The notes beneath the pieces are model-generated. The model worked only from the letters and a program-made list of their open reading frames with translations, was not told where the DNA came from and ran no database searches. From NCBI GenBank assembly GCA_942493285.1, contig OW818691.1:8030532-8094531 (forward strand): a stretch of DNA of 64,000 nucleotides, given 5' to 3'. Shown piece after piece: positions 8,892 to 17,861 of this stretch (its first letter is position 1; each line of letters begins with the position of its first letter). Origin of the DNA: an uncultured Myxococcia bacterium (lineage in GTDB: Bacteria; Myxococcota_A; UBA9042; PHBI01). The translations under genes and the position numbers were made by a program.

Positions 8892-11129
8892 TCAGGAAGG
8901 CGGCCCGCCCCGTCGAACCATCACCGTCCGCAGCTCGGACGTATAGTGCCCGCCGGGACCGCGCAGCCAACACTGTTCTGGCGCGGGCCACATCTCCGAC
9001 AACGTCAGCGTCTCGCCGCGCCCGAGCGACCAGAGCGCCAGCGCCATCGAAATCCCCGACCACCAGTCGATGAGGATCGGCTTCGGCTCGCTCTCCACCC
9101 GCATGAACATGAAACGCGGCACGTGCTCAACCGCCAGCCCCGAAACCCTGGCCAACGCCCCCGCGACATCACCTGCCGACTTCACCTCGTCGGGCTTCAA
9201 TACGAACCGCCGCCGATGCACGACGAGCCCCCCGTAGCTGAGCCGCGGCAACGCCTCGACCGGTCGCCAGTCGGGCCCGGCGAGCCAACTCCCGAGGTCG
9301 AGCGTCGCCACCGAATACACAGGCGAGGCCTGATGCAGCCGCGCCGTCCGCGTCAGCGGCGCGACGTCGATCATGTTGGCCACATCGACCACATTGGCCA
9401 CATTGGGCACATCGGCGATCTCATTCATATGACTCGGCACGACAAACGCGAGGCCTTCCCCACTCGCCCCTCTCGAATAGACCGCGAGCTCCGCCAGCGT
9501 CCCGCGCCGCTCGGGTGGCTCTTTGGCCAGCCCCGACAACTCGAGCCCGACTGCACCCAGGTCCACCCCGACCGAGATGAAGCTGTGGTCCCAGCTCACC
9601 GGGAAGGCCGCCTTCGCCGGCGCCGTCAGCCCTTCCAAGAACCGCGCGCTCGCCGCCACAACCTCATCGCATGCGGCCAACGGCGGCAACAGACACCCGG
9701 TCAGGTGTGGAAGGTGATGCGCCTCTGCCAGAATGAACCTCGTTTCGTGTGCAGTCGGGTCAGCCGCCACCATGAAGTCCGGGTTCGCGTACGCCGTCCC
9801 GACCTTCGCACCCAGCCCACCAAGCAACCTTCCGACCTCGGCCGATACCTCGAGCCGCGCCTCGACCTCACCGGCCGCGATGACCCGATCGACCTGTGCC
9901 CGCAGCTCAGTCTTGATCCCCTTCAAGGCCTCACGAATGACCCGCGCTTCAGCCGGCGCCGCCAGCTCCAACGCCATCGGGTCTTTCGCTATCTCGGCCA
10001 GCACCTCGCGCCACAAGACGGGCTCATCCCTCGAGCTCTCCCACGTGCGTTCGAACCACGCGGCGAACGTCAGCCGCTCGGCCAGCTGGTTCAACAACGA
10101 CAGCTCGAGAAACGGCCCCGCCACGGTCTGCAGCTCCGCCGTCCACACCTTCGGAAACCCGATGACCGTCCCCGTCCGATCGGCCTGCTCATGCAGCGGC
10201 GTCCGGCTCGCATAGAACTCACCTTCATGCCGCGACGGCGCCTCACCGAGCATCGCCGTCAGCTCGGCCTCATGCGCTGCCAGCATCGCCCGCCTTTCAT
10301 CGGGCTTGCCAGCGGTCGCCTCGAACGCCGCGCGCCCCTCTTCGAGCCGCATGAAACGCCCAATCCAAGCCTCCCGCTCCGCCGACTCCGGCGCCGACCT
10401 CAGCACCGCCACCGCCGCCCCGACCGGGTCGACGAGCCCGCTCGGCAAATAATCCGGCCCGACCACCTCGGGCTCTCCCGACCGCTTGAACCCACGCCCG
10501 CCCGGCTCCCACACGACACCATCCGCATCGGCCCCCGGCGCCCGCCGAAACGCCCTTTCAATCCCCGGCCACAACCCCGCCGCGACGAGGTCCTCGACGG
10601 CCGTGCTCAACAGCTTCTCCACCAACCACTGCGTCGAGAACGCGCGCCGCCCAGCCTCGACCGGCAACACCGTCCCGGCATCGAAGTCGACCTCGAAGCT
10701 CCCCGCGGCCACCGCCCCAAAGAAGCTCGTCGAGTCGTTCTTCGCCGTCAGCCGCTGCAGAAACCGCCACAGGACCCGCTCACGTTTCTTGTCCTGCGCG
10801 TTGCGTCGCCCGGCCTCCGCATGTGCCCGCCACCCATCGAAGTTGCGGTCCACGAGTGGTGCTGACGTCATCAACGCCTCACGCGCGCCGGGATCACCGA
10901 GCGCCTCGAAAAGCCGCCGCCGCTCGTCCGCGACCCGCCCCGCATCCCCTGGGTCGGCCATCCCATCGAACGCCGCGACCCCTGCCATCCGCTCGACCGG
11001 AAACCCCGTCGCGCGCAGCAGAAAATACGGAAAGAATGTCCACGATCCAGGTCCCGACATCTGTCCCTCGTCGCTCGCCGAACGTGTCCGGCTCATCAGC
11101 GCCCACTCACTCGCGCCCCGACTGCTCAA
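8892..11129 (-). CDS. Lanthipeptide dehydratase (LanB) family protein with the N-terminal glutamylation domain only; the elimination domain is truncated after about 55 residues (small-LanB / PEARL-like)
   Basis: N-terminal WTFFPYFLLRATGFP matches the LanB f..vlRtPllP motif. RLTAKNDSTSFFGAVAAGSF matches the conserved RxxTPFGLFSSVGIGSF segment of SpaB/NisB. Near the C-terminus VPRFMFMRVESEPKPILIDWW matches the VRHFFMRYRDPKPHIRLRF start of Lant_dehydr_C, but the ORF ends about 55 aa later. Confidence 0.7.
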   Translation of the reverse strand: MSSRGASEWALMSRTRSASDEGQMSGPGSWTFFPYFLLRATGFPVERMAGVAAFDGMADPGDAGRVADERRRLFEALGDPGAREALMTSAPLVDRNFDGWRAHAEAGRRNAQDKKRERVLWRFLQRLTAKNDSTSFFGAVAAGSFEVDFDAGTVLPVEAGRRAFSTQWLVEKLLSTAVEDLVAAGLWPGIERAFRRAPGADADGVVWEPGGRGFKRSGEPEVVGPDYLPSGLVDPVGAAVAVLRSAPESAEREAWIGRFMRLEEGRAAFEATAGKPDERRAMLAAHEAELTAMLGEAPSRHEGEFYASRTPLHEQADRTGTVIGFPKVWTAELQTVAGPFLELSLLNQLAERLTFAAWFERTWESSRDEPVLWREVLAEIAKDPMALELAAPAEARVIREALKGIKTELRAQVDRVIAAGEVEARLEVSAEVGRLLGGLGAKVGTAYANPDFMVAADPTAHETRFILAEAHHLPHLTGCLLPPLAACDEVVAASARFLEGLTAPAKAAFPVSWDHSFISVGVDLGAVGLELSGLAKEPPERRGTLAELAVYSRGASGEGLAFVVPSHMNEIADVPNVANVVDVANMIDVAPLTRTARLHQASPVYSVATLDLGSWLAGPDWRPVEALPRLSYGGLVVHRRRFVLKPDEVKSAGDVAGALARVSGLAVEHVPRFMFMRVESEPKPILIDWWSGISMALALWSLGRGETLTLSEMWPAPEQCWLRGPGGHYTSELRTVMVRRGGPPS

Positions 11130-11138
11130 CCGCCCAAC

Positions 11139-12518
11139 TCAATCGCGCCCTTCACCGCGCTCCTCGAGCGCCCGCTTCAGCGTCCCCTTGAAGATGTCAC
11201 TGCCCACCTTCTCGAGGAACTTCCACCGTCTGAGCTCCACCCGCCGCTCGACCTCGGCCGGCGTCAGCTCGAGGCTCGTCACATGTTTGCCCACCTTCGA
11301 AAAGACATGCACCCGATGCTTCGGCCCGAGCACCACGACCGTGTCCTTGTGGTCGTCCCGAAAGAACCGCCCCTCACCCGCGGCCAGCGCATCCGCCACC
11401 GCCAAGGCCGTCGGCCGCTCTCCGCTCTGATGGCGCTCCTGCGCGTGTAAGGTCCTGTAATCACGGCTCTTCAGGACCCGCAGCACATCCCCACGCAGCC
11501 GCGTCAAGAGCTGCATGACCGGCTCATCGAGCTCGAAGTTCCCACCTTGGCGATGCGCCAATGCCGCCCGCCGCCCGAGCGCATCCACCCGCCCACGCGT
11601 CGCTCGTAACACCTTACGAAACGCCTCCGCCGGGCTCGTAGCGTCACTCGTCGCCGCCACCTCGGCGATGTCACCAACCGGCATGCCAATCACATTGAGC
11701 CGCATCCGCCGCGTCACCCCACCACGCGAATCGGGCTCGGTCGTCTCGACGATCTGCAGCGTCAGCGCCACCCGCTCCTCACGCGACCGGACCACGAAGT
11801 CTCGCGGCACGAGCCCGACCACGACCTGCCCCAACAGCCGATACGCCAGCCGCCCGCGATGGAACTCCGGCGACATCCCCGCATCGAGCTCGTGCGCATA
11901 GATGACCAGCGCCAACACCTCGGGCGAGTCCCCGAACAGGCGATCCACCCGCGGCTCCTGCCGCGCCAGACACAGGTTTGGAAAGCTCACCCACTCGGGC
12001 TTTCCATTGGCTGCATATCCCGCAAATACCTCGGTCGGCTTGCCCGGCCGCGAGTAGACCGACTCGGGCTGGTCGGTGAAGAAGCAGTAGACCGCCCCCT
12101 CGTTGAAGCTCGCGTGGTCGCGCTGCGCCACCTTCAGGTAGTCCCGCAGGTGCGTCACGAGGGCCGCCGCCCGAGCCTCAGACCGCCCCAGCACCAGCGG
12201 CACCAGCGTCGCCTCGGCGGCCAGCTCCACGGTCTTCGCGCCGACCCCCTCCTCGCGCGCAACCTTGGCGACCAACGCATCGATCGCCCGATAAGCCGCC
12301 TCCGCCAGCTCGGCCGCGCTTGTATTCGCAGCTCGACCCGGCCCGCGATCCCCAGACGCCCGCTCCGCTCGGACATCAACCGTGCGCATCGGCGCCTCGA
12401 CCGCACCCACGCCTTCGCCCGTCGCCCCCGCTGCAATCCCAGCCCCAGGGCCCTTCTTCTTTCTTCGCCGCCGCCGCTTTCGCGGCACCTCGGTCGGGCT
12501 CGGGTCGGTCTCACTCAT
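11139..12518 (-). CDS. Hypothetical protein (about 460 aa) with a poly-basic N-terminal tract (RKRRRRRKKKGPG); function unknown
   Basis: ORF 11139..12725. The start at 12518 (MSETDPS) is preceded by a purine-rich SD-like GGGGGA, but alternative upstream ATGs exist at 12575 and 12725. The stop is 10 bp upstream of the LanB-like start, on the same strand. Confidence 0.55.
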   Translation of the reverse strand: MSETDPSPTEVPRKRRRRRKKKGPGAGIAAGATGEGVGAVEAPMRTVDVRAERASGDRGPGRAANTSAAELAEAAYRAIDALVAKVAREEGVGAKTVELAAEATLVPLVLGRSEARAAALVTHLRDYLKVAQRDHASFNEGAVYCFFTDQPESVYSRPGKPTEVFAGYAANGKPEWVSFPNLCLARQEPRVDRLFGDSPEVLALVIYAHELDAGMSPEFHRGRLAYRLLGQVVVGLVPRDFVVRSREERVALTLQIVETTEPDSRGGVTRRMRLNVIGMPVGDIAEVAATSDATSPAEAFRKVLRATRGRVDALGRRAALAHRQGGNFELDEPVMQLLTRLRGDVLRVLKSRDYRTLHAQERHQSGERPTALAVADALAAGEGRFFRDDHKDTVVVLGPKHRVHVFSKVGKHVTSLELTPAEVERRVELRRWKFLEKVGSDIFKGTLKRALEERGEGRD

Positions 12519-12651
12519 GGCGGACGAACGTAATCCCCCCGCGTCCGCTTGAACAGGCCTGCCCCGTGCGCCCATACTGTGACCAGGCCGGCGCACCACG
12601 CCCGCCAACACTCGCAGCCGCGACCCCACGCCCCTACACCAAGGACCCGCC

Positions 12652-13725
12652 ATGGTGGCCCGCCTCGTCGAGACAGGATTCCGCGCCCAGAAGACCGCCC
12701 AGGCCCTCATCGCCGGCGTCTTCATGCGGGTCTTCCATCAGTTCCTATCAGCGAACCTCCCGCTCCCGAGCGCCGCCGAACGTAAAGCCCTCCAGCGCCG
12801 CTTCCGCACCCTGCTCACCGATGAGATCGACCACGTCCGCGCGGGCCGCTACCCGGAAAAGGTCCTCTTTCAGACCAACCTGCTCGAAACCCTACGCGCC
12901 CTCCCCGACGGCGTCATCGAGATGCCACGTGTCATCCTACGCGCCCGAAAGAACCGCTACGACGACCTGCCCGACCACGCCACCCGGCCAAATCCGACCG
13001 ACCTCTCACGGTTCCCACGCTACTACCGCCGCAACTTCCACTGGCAGTCCGACGGCTGGTTTTCTGACGAGTCCGCCAAACGTTACGACGCCGGCGTCGA
13101 CCTCCTCTTTGGAGGCACCACCGACATCATGCGCCGCATGATCGTCCCCGCCGTCGCCGCCTCCATCGCCAACACCTCTTCCCCTCGTGTCCTCGACATC
13201 GCGACCGGCACCGGCCGCTTCCTGGCCCAGCTCAACCTCGCCGCCCCGACCGCGCGCCTCTACGGCCTCGACCTCTCGCCCCATTACCTCAAGTTCGCCC
13301 GCACCTCGCTCGCCCATCTGGAAGACCTCTCGCTCGTCGCCGAAAACGCCGAGTCGATGCCCTTTGCCGACCAGACCTTCGACGCCGTGACGTCGGTCTT
13401 CCTCTTCCACGAGCTCCCTTCAGACGCCCGCCGCAACGTGGTCCGCGAAGCCTTCCGCGTGGTCCGCCCGGGCGGCCTCTTCGCCGTCCTCGACTCGGCC
13501 CAGCTCGACTCCGCGCCCGACATCGCCTTCTTTCTCGAGTCCTTCCCGAAGCTCTATCACGAGCCCTACTACAAGGGTTATCTACGCGACCCGCTGCCAT
13601 CTCTCCTCGCGGAGTGCGGCTTCGAGATCGTCGCCGACCGCGACCACTTCGTGTCACGCGCCGTCATCGCGCGCCGCCCCGCGTCCCCCGAGTCATCCGC
13701 GTCCCTCGAGTCAGCCGAATCATAA
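12652..13725 (+). CDS. Class I SAM-dependent methyltransferase
   Basis: Motif I VLDIATGTGRF, post-I acidic LYGLDLS, motif II/III region FDAVTSVFLFHEL...RPGGLF. About 150-aa N-terminal extension before the Rossmann fold. Confidence 0.8.
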   Translation: MVARLVETGFRAQKTAQALIAGVFMRVFHQFLSANLPLPSAAERKALQRRFRTLLTDEIDHVRAGRYPEKVLFQTNLLETLRALPDGVIEMPRVILRARKNRYDDLPDHATRPNPTDLSRFPRYYRRNFHWQSDGWFSDESAKRYDAGVDLLFGGTTDIMRRMIVPAVAASIANTSSPRVLDIATGTGRFLAQLNLAAPTARLYGLDLSPHYLKFARTSLAHLEDLSLVAENAESMPFADQTFDAVTSVFLFHELPSDARRNVVREAFRVVRPGGLFAVLDSAQLDSAPDIAFFLESFPKLYHEPYYKGYLRDPLPSLLAECGFEIVADRDHFVSRAVIARRPASPESSASLESAES

Positions 13726-14870
13726 TGCCGACCCCGATCACCACCGACACCCTCATCGTCGGCGCCGGCCCCTCGGGTCTCGCCGTCTCCGCTTGCCTGA
13801 AACACGCGGGCCACCCCCACCTGCTGCTCGAACGTGAGCCGACGCTGGCGTCCACCTGGCGCCGCCACTACGACCGACTCCACCTCCATACGGCCAAACA
13901 GTACAGCCACCTCCCGCATCACCCGATGCCGGACCACTTCCCGACCTACCCGTCTCGCGAACAGGTCGTCGCCTACCTCGACGAATATGCCAAAGCCCTC
14001 GAGCTCGAGCCCCGGCTCGGCGTTGCAATCACCCGCGCCGACTACACCTCCAACCACTGGCACCTCGAAGCCGCCGACACGACCACCTATCGCGCGCGCC
14101 ACCTCGTCGTCGCGACCGGCTACAATGCGACGCCCGTGACCCCGACCTGGCCCGGCCTCGACGCCTTTGCCGGCTCAGTCCTCCACTCGTCGACCTACAA
14201 GAACGGCGCCGACTTCGCAGGCCAATCGGTCCTCGTCGTCGGCTCTGGCAACTCGGGCGCCGAGATCGCCATCGACCTCTGGGAACACGGCGCCCGCCCC
14301 GCCATGGCCTTTCGTAGCCCCGTTCACGTCGTCCCTCGCGACGCCTTCGGCCTGCCATCCCAGACGCTGGCCATCGCCATGTCCCACCTCCCCTCCAAGC
14401 TTGCCGACAAGCTCTCGCTCCCGCTTCGCGACTTCGTCATCGGCGACCTCTCCAAATGGGGAATCCATCGCCCCAAAGCCGGCCCGGTCGAGCTCCTCGA
14501 GACCCGCGGCCGTGTCCCGCTCATCGACATCGGCACCATCGCCCTCATCAAACAAGGGGCGATCACCGTCTTCCCAAACATCTCGAAGATCGAACCATCG
14601 GCTGTCCACTTCGTTGATGGCCGCACCCAGACCTTCTCAGCCATCGTGCTCGCCACCGGCTACAAGACCAACCTGCGCAGCTGGCTCAACCCGCCGTCGA
14701 CCGCGCTGGACGACCGCGACCTCCCGAGGGTCCACGGCAAGGACGCTGGCCACCACCTCTACTTCCTCGGCTTCCGCAACCCGACGACCGGCAACCTGCG
14801 CGAGATCCACCTCGAAGCCAAACGCATCGCCGCATCCATCACGAAGGCTCCGCTCCATGCCCGGGTTTGA
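13725..14870 (+). CDS. Flavin-containing monooxygenase (class B FMO-like)
   Basis: FAD GxGxxG (GAGPSG) at the N-terminus, NADPH GxGxxG (GSGNSG) in the middle, and the FMO-identifying FxGxxxHxxxY motif (FAGSVLHSSTY). The ATG at 13725 overlaps the methyltransferase stop (ATAATG). Confidence 0.8.
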   Translation: MPTPITTDTLIVGAGPSGLAVSACLKHAGHPHLLLEREPTLASTWRRHYDRLHLHTAKQYSHLPHHPMPDHFPTYPSREQVVAYLDEYAKALELEPRLGVAITRADYTSNHWHLEAADTTTYRARHLVVATGYNATPVTPTWPGLDAFAGSVLHSSTYKNGADFAGQSVLVVGSGNSGAEIAIDLWEHGARPAMAFRSPVHVVPRDAFGLPSQTLAIAMSHLPSKLADKLSLPLRDFVIGDLSKWGIHRPKAGPVELLETRGRVPLIDIGTIALIKQGAITVFPNISKIEPSAVHFVDGRTQTFSAIVLATGYKTNLRSWLNPPSTALDDRDLPRVHGKDAGHHLYFLGFRNPTTGNLREIHLEAKRIAASITKAPLHARV

Positions 14871-15918
14871 CGCGGCGATCTGGCGCCACTGGCACCCGGT
14901 CCTCCTCGACCAGGACCTCGGCACCCGCCCCAAATCCGTGATGCTCCACGGCCAAGAGCTCGTGCTCTACCGCGCCCCATCGACCAACTCCGTCCACGCG
15001 CTGCACAACGTCTGTCCCCATCGCCGCGCTCGCCTCTCGGACGGCTGGGTGCAACCCCATGTCGCCGGCGCCCGCCTGGTCTGCCCCTACCACGGCTTCC
15101 AGTTCGCCCCCGACGGCCGCGGCGAGAGCCCCGGCACGCCGTCCGTCAAGCTCAACTGCACCTCGTTCGAGACCCGGCAGGCCTACGGCGCCATCTGGCT
15201 TCGTGCCCGCCCGACCTCCACCAACGACCCACAGGCCCCCGCCTCAGAGCCGACCGACTTCCCCGCCCTCGGCCTCCCCGGCTTCACCCAGGTCGCTTCG
15301 ATGAGCCACCTCATCGAGGCCCCGCTCGAGGTCGTCGTCGACAACTTCTGCGAGGTCGAACACACCCCGACGACCCACGCCCTCTTCGGCTACGACGCCG
15401 CGTCACTGCCCGACGTTCGTGTCACTCTCGAGTGCACCGACACAACGGTCCGCGTCGTCAACGAGGGCCGCCAGAAACCAATCCCTCGCCTCATCGAGCG
15501 GGCTTTTGGCATCCACACGGGCGACACCTTCATCGACGACTGGACGGTCCACTTCTCGCCCGTCCATATCGTCTACGACCAGTGGTGGCGCGACCCCACG
15601 ACCGAGGCCCCGCGGCCAATCCGCGTCCACCTCGGCGTCTTCTTCGTACCCGTCGACAACGACCAGACCCGACTCTACACCTTCGCCTTCAGCAACCGCC
15701 CACCGTCGCTCCTCGACCCGCTCTTGCGACCTCTCCTGCGCCGCATCGTCAACCACGAAGTCGTCCTCGACCAACGCCGGATCGAGCGCCTCGCCGACAC
15801 CAACCCCGACCTGCGCGGCACGCGCCTCGGCCGCTTCGACGCCGCTCTGCGCGAACACCGCAAGCGCATCGAACACATCTACCGTATGAGGCGCAACGAC
15901 CCCGGGTCTCCCGGCTGA
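14857..15918 (+). CDS. Rieske [2Fe-2S] non-haem iron oxygenase, alpha-subunit-like (VanA/PaO-type, single-component architecture)
   Basis: Rieske CxH...CxxH (CPHRRARLSDGW...CPYHGFQF) and a mononuclear iron ExxHx4H motif (EVEHTPTTH). The start at 14857 (MPGFDAAIW) overlaps the FMO 3' end by 14 nt; the longer ORF-track version (14167) is an antisense/overprinted extension. Confidence 0.75.
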   Translation: MPGFDAAIWRHWHPVLLDQDLGTRPKSVMLHGQELVLYRAPSTNSVHALHNVCPHRRARLSDGWVQPHVAGARLVCPYHGFQFAPDGRGESPGTPSVKLNCTSFETRQAYGAIWLRARPTSTNDPQAPASEPTDFPALGLPGFTQVASMSHLIEAPLEVVVDNFCEVEHTPTTHALFGYDAASLPDVRVTLECTDTTVRVVNEGRQKPIPRLIERAFGIHTGDTFIDDWTVHFSPVHIVYDQWWRDPTTEAPRPIRVHLGVFFVPVDNDQTRLYTFAFSNRPPSLLDPLLRPLLRRIVNHEVVLDQRRIERLADTNPDLRGTRLGRFDAALREHRKRIEHIYRMRRNDPGSPG

Positions 15919-15965
15919 CACTCCCGTCGTGTGCCTCGGTCTTGCGCAATCGTGTTGACTCCATG

Positions 15966-15995
15966 TGCGTAGCCAACTACGTAGTTGCCTACGCA
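15966..15995 (+). promoter_or_regulatory. 30-bp near-perfect palindrome TGCGTAGCCAACTACGTAGTTGCCTACGCA, candidate MarR operator overlapping a -35-like TTGACT (15955-15960)
   Basis: 28/30 positions self-complementary; immediately upstream of the marR start (16019). Confidence 0.5.
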
Positions 15996-16018
15996 ACGGA
16001 CACGGAGCGAGCCGACCC

Positions 16019-16558
16019 ATGAGACAAACACCTGGACGCACGCCCCGCTCACCCGCCGCGCGCGACTACCTCGCCTCGCTCGGTGCGCTGGCCTTGACCG
16101 CTCGCCTCAAGCGCCTGACCGACCGTCTCATGCACGACGCGCGCTCGCTCTACGAAGAGCTGGGTCTCGGCATCGAGCCCAACTGGCACCTCGTCTTCCT
16201 GCTCCTCGAAGAGCACGACACCATGACGGTCACCGAGATCACCGCGGCACTCGGCGTCGCCCACCCCTCGGTCGTCGCCATCACGACGAGAATGGTCGAA
16301 CGCGGCTACCTGAAGCAGCTCGCAAACCCCACCGACGGCCGCAGTAAACGCCTCCGGCTCACCGCCAAGGGGGGCTCCAAGCTCGCCGCCGCAAAACCCA
16401 TCTGGGAGGCGAGTCGCCTGGGCCTCGAAGGCCTCCTCACCGAGACGGGGGTCGACGTCCTGGCACTCGTCACGGCACTCGAGACCGCACTCGACCACCG
16501 GGGCTATCGCGAGCGCACGCTCGAGGCTCAGGACACCTCGACCCGAGACGACGCATGA
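16019..16558 (+). CDS. MarR-family transcriptional regulator
   Basis: Winged-HTH MarR core (TVTEITAALGVAHPSVVAITTRMVERGYL...DGRSKRLRLT). Start taken at MRQTPGRT, immediately downstream of a 30-bp palindromic operator. Confidence 0.75.
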   Translation: MRQTPGRTPRSPAARDYLASLGALALTARLKRLTDRLMHDARSLYEELGLGIEPNWHLVFLLLEEHDTMTVTEITAALGVAHPSVVAITTRMVERGYLKQLANPTDGRSKRLRLTAKGGSKLAAAKPIWEASRLGLEGLLTETGVDVLALVTALETALDHRGYRERTLEAQDTSTRDDA

Positions 16559-17073
16559 CACTCGTCATCCGCCCCGCCACACCAGATGACTTCGCCGCCA
16601 TCTGGCCCATCTTCGCCGCCATCGTCCGTCAGGGCGAGACCTACGCCTACGATCCTGAGACCACCATCGAACAAGCACACACAATCTGGATGGCGCCAAC
16701 CAACCAGACCTTCGTCGCCCAACGCTCCACCAACATCGTCGGCAGCTACATCCTGAAGCCCAACCAACTCGGCCTCGGCAACCACGTCGCCAACGCCGGC
16801 TTTATGGTCGACCCCAACGCCCACGGTCAGGGCATCGGCCGCACCATGGTCGAACACTGCCTGCATGAAGCCCGGGCCCAAGGCTATCGAGCCATGCAGT
16901 TCAACCTCGTCGTCGCCACCAACGTCGGGGCCGTCGCCCTGTGGCAATCGGTCGGCTTCGACATCGTCGGCACCCTCCCAGGCGCCTTTCGCCACCCACG
17001 CCTGGGCTACGTCGACGCCCACATCATGTTTCGCTCGCTGCTCGACCTCGACCCGCAGGACACCTCTATATGA
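16555..17073 (+). CDS. GNAT-family N-acetyltransferase
   Basis: About 170 aa with a GNAT fold and the acetyl-CoA binding motif (GQGIGRTMV). ATGA overlap with the marR stop. Confidence 0.75.
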   Translation: MTLVIRPATPDDFAAIWPIFAAIVRQGETYAYDPETTIEQAHTIWMAPTNQTFVAQRSTNIVGSYILKPNQLGLGNHVANAGFMVDPNAHGQGIGRTMVEHCLHEARAQGYRAMQFNLVVATNVGAVALWQSVGFDIVGTLPGAFRHPRLGYVDAHIMFRSLLDLDPQDTSI

Positions 17074-17594
17074 CGCCAAAGCCCCTCAGCCCCGACAACC
17101 CCGACAACCCCATCAACCCGATCAACCCGAGCAACCCGGACAACCCCATCAACCCGATCAACCCGGACAACCCCATCAACCCGGACAACCCCATCAACCT
17201 CATCAACCCCGACAACCCCATCCACCCCGACAACCTGATCAGGCCCATCAACCTCGCCGACAAGCTCGCCCAGTTCCAAGACCACTGGGCCCCACGCACG
17301 GTAGCCCGCGTCAACGACTACGACGTGCGCCTCGTCAAAGCCCACGGCGAGTTTGCCTGGCACTCCCACGCCGACACCGACGAGCTCTTCCTCGTCCTCG
17401 CCGGCACCCTCCACATCACCCTCGAATCGGGCACCGTCACCCTCAATCCCGGCGAGCTCCACGTCGTCCCCCGCGGCACCCGCCACCGTCCCTGGTCCGA
17501 ACACGGCGCAGAGCTCCTCCTCTTCGAACCCTCCACCGTCATCAACACGGGCGACACCCCCGGCGCCCTCACCGCTCCCCGCCGCGAGCTCTGA
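17070..17594 (+). CDS. Cupin-domain protein with an N-terminal (P-D-N-P-I-N)n hexapeptide repeat tract
   Basis: Cupin_2 motifs G(X)5HXH...(HSHADTDELFLVLAG...PRGTRHRP). The N-terminus is encoded by an 18-bp tandem repeat. ATGA overlap with the GNAT stop. Confidence 0.65.
   Translation: MTPKPLSPDNPDNPINPINPSNPDNPINPINPDNPINPDNPINLINPDNPIHPDNLIRPINLADKLAQFQDHWAPRTVARVNDYDVRLVKAHGEFAWHSHADTDELFLVLAGTLHITLESGTVTLNPGELHVVPRGTRHRPWSEHGAELLLFEPSTVINTGDTPGALTAPRREL
17088..17262 (+). repeat. Tandem 18-bp repeat (aaccccatcaacccggac, about 9 copies) encoding (PDNPIN)n
   Basis: Visible periodicity in the sequence; in frame with the cupin ORF. Confidence 0.8.
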
Positions 17595-17861
17595 CCCAGC
17601 CGCCCACCCGTCGGGCTTGACCGGCCAGTTCACATTGCCACCTCGCCGCCGCTCGCCCCCGCCGCCCCTCACATCCGCCGATCTCGAACCCGCAGAACCT
17701 CTTCCGCAAAGGCCATGCGCGTTGACATGACGGAGTTCCAGGGGCTATTCGACATGCCAACTTCGTTTCGGTCGACATCACCGCAGACGGATAGCCCACA
17801 CCACGGAGCCTCGCCTCAAACCGCGTCGCTCCTTCGGAAGTCACCTCGGGGGAGGGTCGTC

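Noticed and set aside
8946-10865. 639-aa plus-strand ORF opposite the LanB-like gene
   Set aside because: The minus-strand frame carries specific LanB family motifs, while the plus-frame translation is Arg/Pro-rich low complexity.
14167-14856. 5' extension of the Rieske ORF (583-aa version in the ORF track)
   Set aside because: The extension lies entirely inside the FMO gene in another frame. The Rieske domain begins right after the internal ATG at 14857, which overlaps the FMO stop.
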